From the NCBI GenBank assembly GCA_964517525.1, contig CAZFCI010000070.1:1-40110 (forward strand): 40,110 nt of DNA. The letters run 5' to 3'. This DNA comes from an uncultured Clostridia bacterium (GTDB lineage Bacteria > Acidobacteriota > Aminicenantia > JBFLYD01 > JBBIMS01). Position numbers and translations under genes: made by a program. This document shows, piece after piece, positions 1 to 8,269 of this stretch. The notes under the pieces were generated by a model. The model did no database searches, was not told the origin of the DNA, and was given only the letters and a program-made list of their open reading frames with translations. Every line of letters starts with the position of its first letter. Within the stretch, counting starts at the first letter, position 1.

Positions 1-1011
1 GGCATATATTATCCTGGATACGATAAAGATATAGTCTCTTTTGGGCTAATAAAGGAAATCTTTCAGGAAGAAAAGGGGATTCGTGTCCTTTTAAGAGATT
101 TTACAAAGGACGAAAAAATAGTAGAGACAATAAAAAATGAAATTGTTGGGAAGTTATCAGCATCATTCCCGGAAAGTAAAATTGAAGTGGAAGTTGACAA
201 GGAAAAAAGAAAGGAATCTGAGAGCGAAGAAATTCAGAAACTTCCTATTCCTGGTGTTGAAAATATAATAGCTGTTGCAAGTGGAAAGGGAGGAGTTGGA
301 AAAACAACAGTTGCTGTGAATATTGCGGTGGCCCTTCATAAAAAAGGCTTAAAGACTGGCTTACTTGATGCAGACATTTATGGTCCAAATGTTCCAATGA
401 TGCTCGGTCTTTCAGGGAAAACACCTGATTTTGTTGATGAGAGAATTATACCTGTGGAAAGGGATGGGCTTAAGGTTATTTCCATGGGTTTTTTCCTAAG
501 ACCCGATACTCCTGTAATATGGAGGGGACCCCTTGTCCACAGGGCAGTTCAGCAATTTTTGAGAGATGTGGAATGGGGTGAACTTGATTATCTTATTGTT
601 GACCTTCCTCCAGGAACTGGTGATGTCCAGCTATCCCTTGTTCAGACAGTTCCAATTACTGGAGCAATAATTGTAACAACACCTCAGGATGTAGCCCTTT
701 TGGATGCAAGAAAAGGCTTAAGAATGTTTGAGCAAACAGGAGCAAATGTTTTAGGGATAGTTGAAAATATGAGTTATCTTCAGTGCCCCCATTGCGGAAG
801 AAGAATTGAACTTTTTAGAGCTGGAGGTGGTAAAAGAACATCAATGGAACTTGGTGTACCCCTTCTTGGAGAGATTCCCCTTGATCCAGCTCTTCCTCTT
901 ATTTCTGATGCAGGGATAACTGTTATAGAAAAAAACCCTGAAGGTCCAACCTCCTCAGTTTTCCTTTCTATTGCAGAGCAGATAGTGAAAAAGACAAGGA
1001 GTATACACTAA
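1..1011 (+). CDS. mrp: Mrp/ApbC/NBP35-family Fe-S cluster carrier ATPase, 5'-partial (open to window edge)
   Basis: Frame 1 is open from nt 1 and in frame with the listed 187..1011 ORF, which begins at a GTG. Nt 1-186 translate to GIYYPGYDKDIVSFGLIKEI..., resembling the DUF59/MIP18-like N-domain of Mrp proteins. Deviant Walker A SGKGGVGKTT, DLPPGTGD, CPHCG cluster-ligand motif. Confidence 0.9.
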   Translation, partial: GIYYPGYDKDIVSFGLIKEIFQEEKGIRVLLRDFTKDEKIVETIKNEIVGKLSASFPESKIEVEVDKEKRKESESEEIQKLPIPGVENIIAVASGKGGVGKTTVAVNIAVALHKKGLKTGLLDADIYGPNVPMMLGLSGKTPDFVDERIIPVERDGLKVISMGFFLRPDTPVIWRGPLVHRAVQQFLRDVEWGELDYLIVDLPPGTGDVQLSLVQTVPITGAIIVTTPQDVALLDARKGLRMFEQTGANVLGIVENMSYLQCPHCGRRIELFRAGGGKRTSMELGVPLLGEIPLDPALPLISDAGITVIEKNPEGPTSSVFLSIAEQIVKKTRSIH

Positions 1012-1012
1012 T

Positions 1013-1957
1013 TTGGAAGATAAAGTTCTGGAACTTCAGAAAGATGATGGAGAAGAGGGAACTTATTTATACAGACCCCCAAAACAGAAATACACATTAA
1101 ATATTATCCTTTTCTTCGCTACCCTTCTAACAACAATTCTTGTAGGAACAAATTATTACATCTCCTTTTATCTTGGAGAAAAGATTCCAAAAGATCCTGA
1201 ACTTCTCAGAAGGCTTGTCTCAAACCCTCTGACATATTTATGGGGTCTTCCTTATGCTCTAACAATAATGGGGATTCTTTTTGCCCATGAAATGGGTCAT
1301 TACATATCAAGCAGGATCTATGGAGTTGATGCCACTCTTCCCTATTTTATTCCTGCTCCTACATTGATTGGAACCTTTGGAGCTGTGATAAGAATGAAAA
1401 GCCCTATAACCAGTAAGAGAGCCCTTTTTGACATAGGAATTGCAGGACCCCTTTCAGGCTTTATTGTTGCAATCCCCGCAATTATTTATGGAATAAAGCT
1501 CTCAAGACATGTTCCTGCAATACCCACAAAGGAGGGCTTTTATTTGGGCGAGCCTCTGATAATGAAAATAATTTACAAAGTTTTTTATCCGGATACTCCT
1601 TCAGATTTTACCCTCCTTCTCCATCCTATAGCCTTCGCTGCTTGGTTCGGGATATTAGCAACTGCTTTTAACCTCTTTCCAATTGGGCAACTGGATGGGG
1701 GCCATATAATTTACTCAGTCATAGGAAGGAAAACTGAAATTCTTGGAAAGATATTTGTTCTTGTTCTAATCGCAATGGGATTCATATTCTGGGAAGGATG
1801 GCTTCTTTGGGCTGGAATCATAATAATTATAGGGACAAAACATCCTCCAGTCTATGAAGATGAACCTCTGGATGGCAAAAGAAAATTTCTCGCAATAATT
1901 GCACTTCTAATGTTCATTCTTTCCTTTACACCAACCCCGATAAGAAGAATATTATGA
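1013..1957 (+). CDS. M50 family (site-2 protease-like) membrane zinc metalloprotease
   Basis: HExxH site AHEMGHYISS and NLFPIGQLDGGH (NxxPxxxLDG) motif. Several TM helices. Only plausible start is TTG 1013, 1 nt after the mrp stop, with AAGGAG about 11 nt upstream. Confidence 0.85.
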   Translation: MEDKVLELQKDDGEEGTYLYRPPKQKYTLNIILFFATLLTTILVGTNYYISFYLGEKIPKDPELLRRLVSNPLTYLWGLPYALTIMGILFAHEMGHYISSRIYGVDATLPYFIPAPTLIGTFGAVIRMKSPITSKRALFDIGIAGPLSGFIVAIPAIIYGIKLSRHVPAIPTKEGFYLGEPLIMKIIYKVFYPDTPSDFTLLLHPIAFAAWFGILATAFNLFPIGQLDGGHIIYSVIGRKTEILGKIFVLVLIAMGFIFWEGWLLWAGIIIIIGTKHPPVYEDEPLDGKRKFLAIIALLMFILSFTPTPIRRIL

Positions 1958-1962
1958 GTTAT

Positions 1963-3369
1963 TTAATTATTAGTATTTTCGAATTTAAAATTTTTTTCTC
2001 TAAATAGTTTTAAACAGACATCCACAACATCGGGATCGTACAAGATTCCTCTGAATTGGGATATTTCCTGAATTGCTTTTTCCACTCCGTGCCCTGGACG
2101 ATAAGGTCTGTGGAAGGTTATTGCTTCAACAACATCTGCAACAGAAAGAATCTTTGCCTCCATTAAAATCTCGTCCCCCTTTAATCTTTGAGGATAACCC
2201 GAGCCATCAAATCTCTCATGGTGCTGAAGAACCACAGGAGCAACTTCCCAAGGAAAATCTATGGTTTTAAGAATTTCATATCCATGATATGTATGGAGCT
2301 TGATAAAGGCAAATTCCTCTTCCGTAAGCTTTCCTGGTTTGACAAGAATTTCTGATGGGATAAACATTTTTCCAATGTCATGTATGAGGGCGGTCATCCT
2401 TATCTCTTCAATTTTTTCATCAGGAAAACCAAGCTCCCTTGCTATTTCTGAGGCAAGTTTTGCAACATGTCTCTCGTGCCCTGCAGTGTAAGGATCCTTT
2501 GTTTCCACCATTTTTACCATTGCGTTTATAACACTTTCAACAATTTTCTTTAATTTCTCATAACTCATTTTCAATCTTTCCTCCGCAGTCTTCCTCTTTG
2601 TAATATCTGTAAGAGTCCCCTCATAAGAAATAACCTTCCCTTTTCTATCTCTTTTGGCTCTTGAATTATCTAACACATATAATATGCTTCCATTCTTTCT
2701 CTTCAATTTGAGTTCAAAATTTCTAAGCTCTCCATTCTTTTCTATTTTTTGAACCAGATCTTCTCTCTCTTCAGGATTGAAAAATAGCTCCTTTATAGGC
2801 TTTGAGAGAAGCTCTTCCGCAGAATCATATCCAAGCATTTTGACAAGAGCAGGGTTTACAGTGAGAAGTCTTCCATCTGGAGTGCTTTCATAAACACCAT
2901 CAAAAATACTGGTAAATAGTCTTGCGAATTTCTCCTCTGTTATTTTCTTCTCAGTTATATCCCAAATTATCGAAATTATTGAGGGATTATCATTGAATTT
3001 AACATAACTGTCAAAAATCTCCACCCACTTTGTCTCACCCTTGCCAACAAGGACTTCAACCTCAACAGGAGACTTCTCCTCTCTCTTATTAATTAATCTT
3101 TCCATCCTTTTGATCATTGAATTTCTGAAATCAGGGCTTATTAGCTCAATGAAATCCCTTCCTACCATCTCATTCTCTTCCTTAAAGTTGAACAATTGAA
3201 GGGCAGATTTGTTAACAAAAACAATCTTCCTGTAAGAATGGATAATTATGGCAAATGGCGATGAATCAATTACTCTACTATATAAATTCTCTTTTCTTTT
3301 CAGTTCATCGAAAGCTTTATTTAAATCATCTATATTTTTTATAAGCTCTTCCTTACTTTTATCTTTCAT
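1963..3369 (-). CDS. PAS-PAS-HD-GYP signalling protein (putative c-di-GMP phosphodiesterase)
   Basis: N-terminal coiled coil, two PAS-like segments, C-terminal HD-GYP domain with HDIGK and HHERFDGSGYP. SD AAGGAG upstream of ATG 3369. Confidence 0.85.
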   Translation of the reverse strand: MKDKSKEELIKNIDDLNKAFDELKRKENLYSRVIDSSPFAIIIHSYRKIVFVNKSALQLFNFKEENEMVGRDFIELISPDFRNSMIKRMERLINKREEKSPVEVEVLVGKGETKWVEIFDSYVKFNDNPSIISIIWDITEKKITEEKFARLFTSIFDGVYESTPDGRLLTVNPALVKMLGYDSAEELLSKPIKELFFNPEEREDLVQKIEKNGELRNFELKLKRKNGSILYVLDNSRAKRDRKGKVISYEGTLTDITKRKTAEERLKMSYEKLKKIVESVINAMVKMVETKDPYTAGHERHVAKLASEIARELGFPDEKIEEIRMTALIHDIGKMFIPSEILVKPGKLTEEEFAFIKLHTYHGYEILKTIDFPWEVAPVVLQHHERFDGSGYPQRLKGDEILMEAKILSVADVVEAITFHRPYRPGHGVEKAIQEISQFRGILYDPDVVDVCLKLFREKNFKFENTNN

Positions 3370-3453
3370 TCATCTCCTTAATTTTCTCAGAAAATTCATA
3401 ATCATCAATTTTAAATAGACAGAAAAATTTAGTCAAGTCAAATTTTTTCATTT

Positions 3454-4029
3454 TTAAATCACTTTTATTGAAATTCCAAAGAAAACTTTAGACCCGCCAA
3501 GGTCTATCCCTTTCGAAAAGGCGCTATCTTCCGAATAAATTCTTTCAAATCTAAGAGAAGTAACAAAAGATAATACCTTTGCCAGAGGGATCTCCAGGTT
3601 GGTAAAACCAAAATAACCTGTTTTTCTTCCTGAATACTCCAGTTGGATACTTTCCCATCTTTCTTTAAAGAAGCTTCGGATTAAACCAATTCCAATGGCA
3701 GATTCTAACTTTTTAAATTTGAATCTGTAAAAAATTGAAATTGGCACATTTTTCATTTCAAACCTGAGGGGATAACTTTCCTCCCCTTCTCCTATTGCAT
3801 TACCTCTAAGATTAACAAACTCATAACCTGTTGAAAGGAATAGATTATTCTTTATTTTTAGTGAAAGAGAAAAATATTTCGGATATCCATTCCCGTATAT
3901 CTCTCTAAACTCGGATTGGGAAGGGTGAAAATACCCTAATAGGAAACTTATTTTTAAATGCTCGCCAGAGAAGGCTTTTTGATGGAAGAAAAATAAAAGA
4001 ATTAAAAGGATATTCAAAATTCTTATCAT
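3454..4029 (-). CDS. small secreted protein, putative outer-membrane beta-barrel
   Basis: Signal peptide (ILLILLFFFHQKAFSG). Alternating hydrophobic/aromatic strand-like pattern over about 170 aa. ATG overlaps the stop of the upstream peptidase gene (ATGA at 4026-4029). No family recognised. Confidence 0.45.
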   Translation of the reverse strand: MIRILNILLILLFFFHQKAFSGEHLKISFLLGYFHPSQSEFREIYGNGYPKYFSLSLKIKNNLFLSTGYEFVNLRGNAIGEGEESYPLRFEMKNVPISIFYRFKFKKLESAIGIGLIRSFFKERWESIQLEYSGRKTGYFGFTNLEIPLAKVLSFVTSLRFERIYSEDSAFSKGIDLGGSKVFFGISIKVI

Positions 4030-5687
4030 CGTTCAAAATATTGAGGGGAATAAAAAAGAAAAAACTTATCCTCTGAATTACCTCTTTCAAAGAGAATTCC
4101 TATCTCCTGCGAATAGTTACTCTCTCTTCCTGATGAATCTAAAGCAGTTACAACATAATAATAAGAAATTCCAGTTTTAAGGTTTTTATCCTCAAAGAAG
4201 TTATTCACTACAGGGACTACATTTAACTTTTTGTAATTCAAATGAGAAATTGTTGTTCGATAGACATTATAGCCTATTGCTCCTTCAACCCTATTCCAGG
4301 AAAGATAAATATTTTTTACTGAGTTGAAAAGGGATTTATAAACAACATATTTTGCCTTCAATCCTTTGGGTGTTTCAGGGTAACCCGGTCTTATTGGTTG
4401 AGAAAGATCTGAAAGAGTGGCTAAACCAAGCTTAACAACAGATTTCAGGAAATCAATGTTTAATGTGTTGAGGGTATCGTAAGTTGTATGATAATAAGGG
4501 TTTCTAATAGGATTGTCCTCAATTGCACAAAAAGCATCATAACCCTTCTGCCAAAAAGAAGCATGGTCAGAGTAGAGAAAAGAGGAGCTAACAATCTTAC
4601 GGATTGGATAGTCATAATATGCCTTAGATGCCTGAATTGTCCTTTCTGCCAGCCATTCTGATTTTGGATTAACAATTATCTCGAGATCCTCAGGGAGCTT
4701 ATCGGAGTAAGCAATCATGTCGAAATTCAAAACTCCTATAATCTTTTCATTTTTATCCCTTGCAGACGAGGAATATGCATTGCTTCCATAGAGCCCCCAT
4801 TCTTCCGCTGAAAAGCAAATAAAACGAACTGTAAAATCAAGAGGATATTTTACAAGTATTCTCGCAGACTCAAGAACCGCCGATGTCCCACTTGCATTGT
4901 CATCAGCTCCAGGAGCAAAGATTGCTGGAATGTTAGAGGTTGAATCGTAGTGAGCACAAATTATAAAAATATCTTCAGGATTTGTCTTCCCCTTCTTTTC
5001 AGCTATTACATTTCTCGAGGAATAACCTCTAAAACTGAAGGGCTGGAAATAAGTTTCAAGTCCAAGATTTTTTAAATAAGAATAAATGAAATCTCCTGCA
5101 TCCTCGCAATTTTTTGTTGATGCATATCTTGTCTGAAAATTTTGAAGAGTATCAATCAAATATACAAGATTGTCCTCTGAAACTTCCTCTATTATGAGAG
5201 GTATGACCTCGTTCTCTCTTATCTCTCCTTCTGTAAATTCAATTTTAGGAGGAGCTCTCAAAAATTCGGTTATTGAGTCCTTTGATAGCCTCTTTTTCTG
5301 AAATTCCGCTGGAATATAAATTCCCATTTCTTCCTTCTGCCAGAAAAGAATAGTATTTTCCTCAATCTGAATAGCATTTCCAAAGGGCTCTAATTTTTTA
5401 ATATCTTCAGGGTTTTTTGAGTAAATGAAAAAGAAATCTTTATCTTTTATATCCTTTACAAGAATTGAAAAGTCTATTTTAAAACTATTAAGAGTTGAGA
5501 GTTCGCTATCGGTTGCTACTACAATATAACAGGTATCAAGTTCCTCCAAAACCTTTATATTTAAAGATTTCAAAACATCCGATTTTTCCTTTTTAATTTT
5601 TAAAAGATTTAATTGCTCAGGAAAAGGAATGGAAAAGATAAAGAAGGCAAGAAGGAAGAATAAGGAGGTAATCCTTCTAACTCGCAT
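4026..5687 (-). CDS. secreted M28 family aminopeptidase with C-terminal fibronectin-III-like domain
   Basis: Signal peptide. M28 motifs CAHYDS, GADDNASG, EEWGLYGS, NFDM, SDHASF. C-terminal FN3-like LSWNRVEGAIGYNVYR...YYYVVTALD. Confidence 0.85.
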   Translation of the reverse strand: MRVRRITSLFFLLAFFIFSIPFPEQLNLLKIKKEKSDVLKSLNIKVLEELDTCYIVVATDSELSTLNSFKIDFSILVKDIKDKDFFFIYSKNPEDIKKLEPFGNAIQIEENTILFWQKEEMGIYIPAEFQKKRLSKDSITEFLRAPPKIEFTEGEIRENEVIPLIIEEVSEDNLVYLIDTLQNFQTRYASTKNCEDAGDFIYSYLKNLGLETYFQPFSFRGYSSRNVIAEKKGKTNPEDIFIICAHYDSTSNIPAIFAPGADDNASGTSAVLESARILVKYPLDFTVRFICFSAEEWGLYGSNAYSSSARDKNEKIIGVLNFDMIAYSDKLPEDLEIIVNPKSEWLAERTIQASKAYYDYPIRKIVSSSFLYSDHASFWQKGYDAFCAIEDNPIRNPYYHTTYDTLNTLNIDFLKSVVKLGLATLSDLSQPIRPGYPETPKGLKAKYVVYKSLFNSVKNIYLSWNRVEGAIGYNVYRTTISHLNYKKLNVVPVVNNFFEDKNLKTGISYYYVVTALDSSGRESNYSQEIGILFERGNSEDKFFLFYSPQYFER

Positions 5688-5692
5688 AGATA

Positions 5693-5721
5693 AATTTACA
5701 AAAGAATCTTTGAAATGTCAA
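5693..5721 (-). promoter_or_regulatory. sigma70-like promoter for the M28 peptidase operon, leaderless geometry
   Basis: Minus strand: TTGACA (5721-5716), 17-nt spacer, TAAATT (5698-5693), then 5 nt (TATCT) to ATG 5687. No SD. Confidence 0.45.
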
Positions 5722-5752
5722 AATAGTTATTGAACATTATGTCTAAGATTTT

Positions 5753-5780
5753 TTGAGCTTAAATCTTAAAATGATATAAT
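5753..5780 (+). promoter_or_regulatory. sigma70-like extended -10 promoter for the cytochrome cluster, leaderless geometry
   Basis: TTGAGC (5753-5758), 16-nt spacer ending in TGA, TATAAT (5775-5780), then 6 nt (TACTCT) to ATG 5787. No SD. Confidence 0.5.
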
Positions 5781-5786
5781 TACTCT

Positions 5787-7040
5787 ATGAGAAAAAATAA
5801 TTTCAACAATTTATATAATAATTTTCTCAGGGTATTAATTTTGGAGGTGCTGATCTTCCTATTTACTTCTTTTATCTACAGCGATGAAAAATGTTTCAGC
5901 TGTCATGGGAATAAAGAGACTATAAAGGAAGAGAGGCTTTTTGTTGACAAATTTATTTTTGAAGAATCCGCTCATGGAAGTTTAAACTGTAAAGATTGCC
6001 ACAAAAATATCAACCTCATCGACAACAGACATGAAAAGGTTATTCCAGAGGTAAATTGTACATCAGGTTGTCACGAGGAAGGAAGAGCTGAAGAGAGCCC
6101 TATTTTTTATAAAGATAGTGTTCACGGAAAGGCTGTTGAAAGGGGAGAAAGGGAAGCAGCAAAATGCTGGGATTGTCATACAAAGCATAACATAAGAAAT
6201 TCAAAGGATCCAAAATCTTCCACTTACAGGATGAACATACCTATAACCTGTTCTGCCTGCCACGAGGATATGACAGTTGTGTTGAAATTTAATATTCACA
6301 AGGAAAAGCCATATGCCAATTACAGGAAGAGTGTTCATGGAAGAGGGCTTTTCGAAGATGGATTAATAAATTTTACTGCAGTATGCACCGACTGTCATGG
6401 CGTTCACACAATTAAAGGTGTACCAGCAACTGAGGCAAGTTCTCCAAAAACCTGCGGTAAGTGCCATATCAAAATTTTTGAGGAATATTCAGAAAGTATA
6501 CATGGAAGAGAGGCTCTAAAAAAGAATCCTGATGCCCCTCTCTGTGTCGACTGCCATGGTGAACATTCTATAAAATTCCCCTATGACAAAGATGCAAAAA
6601 TTTCACCATTGAAGGTTTCAGATACATGCTCAGAATGCCATGCAAGACCTGAGATAATGAAAAAGTATGGAGTTCCTGTTGACAGGGTTGAATCTTTTCT
6701 TGAAAGTTTCCACGGAATAGCAATAGGTTATGGATACAAAGCTGTTGCTAACTGCACTTCCTGTCATGGAGTTCACAGAATCCTTCCTGCCTCTGATCCA
6801 AATTCAACTATCCATCCTACCAACTTAAAGAATGTATGTGGTCAAAAAAATTGCCATCCTGGAATGCCTGAAAAAATTGCAAATCAGAAAATTCACAGGG
6901 TTTATGGAAAAGATAATATAGGGGTTTACTATTTGAGGGTAATACTTGTATGGGTCGTAATAATAATTCTTGTTGTAACTTTTATCTGGGTTATCCCTGA
7001 TATTGTCCACCGAGCAAAGAATAAAATAAAAAGGGAGTAA
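5787..7040 (+). CDS. undecaheme c-type cytochrome, signal peptide plus C-terminal TM anchor
   Basis: 9 CXXCH plus CTSGCH (nt 6057-6074) plus CGQKNCH (nt 6837-6857). Five S-x-H-G...C-x-x-C-H-x-x-H-x-I units. C-terminal helix VILVWVVIIILVVTFIWVI. Confidence 0.9.
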   Translation: MRKNNFNNLYNNFLRVLILEVLIFLFTSFIYSDEKCFSCHGNKETIKEERLFVDKFIFEESAHGSLNCKDCHKNINLIDNRHEKVIPEVNCTSGCHEEGRAEESPIFYKDSVHGKAVERGEREAAKCWDCHTKHNIRNSKDPKSSTYRMNIPITCSACHEDMTVVLKFNIHKEKPYANYRKSVHGRGLFEDGLINFTAVCTDCHGVHTIKGVPATEASSPKTCGKCHIKIFEEYSESIHGREALKKNPDAPLCVDCHGEHSIKFPYDKDAKISPLKVSDTCSECHARPEIMKKYGVPVDRVESFLESFHGIAIGYGYKAVANCTSCHGVHRILPASDPNSTIHPTNLKNVCGQKNCHPGMPEKIANQKIHRVYGKDNIGVYYLRVILVWVVIIILVVTFIWVIPDIVHRAKNKIKRE

Positions 7041-7042
7041 AA

Positions 7043-7071
7043 TTGCAAATTATTTAAAAATATTTTAAATT
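7043..7071 (+). promoter_or_regulatory. possible internal promoter before the second cytochrome gene
   Basis: TTGCAA (7043-7048), 17-nt spacer, TAAATT (7066-7071), 10 nt to ATG 7082. No SD before 7082. Confidence 0.25.
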
Positions 7072-7081
7072 ATAAATTTCT

Positions 7082-8266
7082 ATGAAGCGACATTTATATT
7101 TCATAATATTTGCTTTACCCTTTTACCTCTTAGCCCAGAGCAACGAGGATTGTCTTACATGCCATGGTGATAAAAGCATTAAAACTCCTGAGAGACAAGA
7201 GCTTTATATAAACAATGACGGTTTTTCCATTTCCGTTCATGGAAAGGCTGGAATAAGTTGCATAGATTGTCACTCTGATTTAAAGAGCGTTCAGGACTTT
7301 CCCCATTCTGAAAAATTAAAGAAAGTTTCATGTTCAGAATGTCATTCTGATGCTTATGAAAAGATGAAAAATAGCATTCACTCTGGAAAGGTTGAGTGCA
7401 AAAATTGTCATGGTTCTCATTACATTTATGAGAAAGATAATCCCAATTCATTAATTTATCCTCTTAATGCTCCGAGAATCTGCGAAGAGTGCCATCTTAA
7501 AAGAGTAAAGACAAAAAGAGGTTTTGAATTTATAAAACTCTATGATGATTCAATTCACGGAAGAGCTCTCACAAAATCAGGTCTCATTTACTCTGCAACC
7601 TGCGTTTCCTGCCATGGCTCCCATGATATAATGTCTACCTCATCAAAGGATTCAAAAGTCTTCAGAAAGAATATACCCGCTCTTTGCGGAAATTGCCATA
7701 AAGGTGTCCTCCAGGATTTTCTCGAGGGAGTTCATGGTAAGGACTTTCTGAAAGGCAATGCAGATGTCCCTGTCTGCATAGATTGCCATGGAGAGCACGA
7801 TATTTATCCAATTGATCAGCCAAGGTCAAAGGTTTATCATACAAAGGTTCCTCAGGTATGTGGAAAATGCCATGCCAATGAAATTCTTGCGAGAAAATAT
7901 GGTTATTCCATCTTCAGGGTTCTAACCTATCAAAAGTCTTTTCACGGGATTGCAACCAATTACGGAGACCTTAGAACAGCTAATTGTGCAAGTTGCCATG
8001 ATTACCATAACATAAGGAAATCAAGTGATCCAAAATCTCCCATTCATCCCGAAAATCTTTCGAAAACATGTGGAAAATGCCATAAAGGAGCTGGAAGGGA
8101 TTTTGCAAAGGGGAAAATTCATGTATGGGAAGAAAAGAAGGAAAATATATGGGCATATATTGTGAGAAAATTCTACAATATTATGATTACTGTTATAATA
8201 GGTGGTTTCATAATATTCATATCCGTCGAGTTATACGCAAGAATAAAAAGGGGATTTAAGAGGTAA
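7082..8266 (+). CDS. undecaheme c-type cytochrome (paralog), signal peptide plus C-terminal TM anchor
   Basis: 11 canonical CXXCH motifs, colinear heme-for-heme with 5787..7040. Signal peptide FALPFYLLAQS. C-terminal helix ITVIIGGFIIFISVELYA. Confidence 0.9.
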   Translation: MKRHLYFIIFALPFYLLAQSNEDCLTCHGDKSIKTPERQELYINNDGFSISVHGKAGISCIDCHSDLKSVQDFPHSEKLKKVSCSECHSDAYEKMKNSIHSGKVECKNCHGSHYIYEKDNPNSLIYPLNAPRICEECHLKRVKTKRGFEFIKLYDDSIHGRALTKSGLIYSATCVSCHGSHDIMSTSSKDSKVFRKNIPALCGNCHKGVLQDFLEGVHGKDFLKGNADVPVCIDCHGEHDIYPIDQPRSKVYHTKVPQVCGKCHANEILARKYGYSIFRVLTYQKSFHGIATNYGDLRTANCASCHDYHNIRKSSDPKSPIHPENLSKTCGKCHKGAGRDFAKGKIHVWEEKKENIWAYIVRKFYNIMITVIIGGFIIFISVELYARIKRGFKR

Positions 8267-8269
8267 TAA

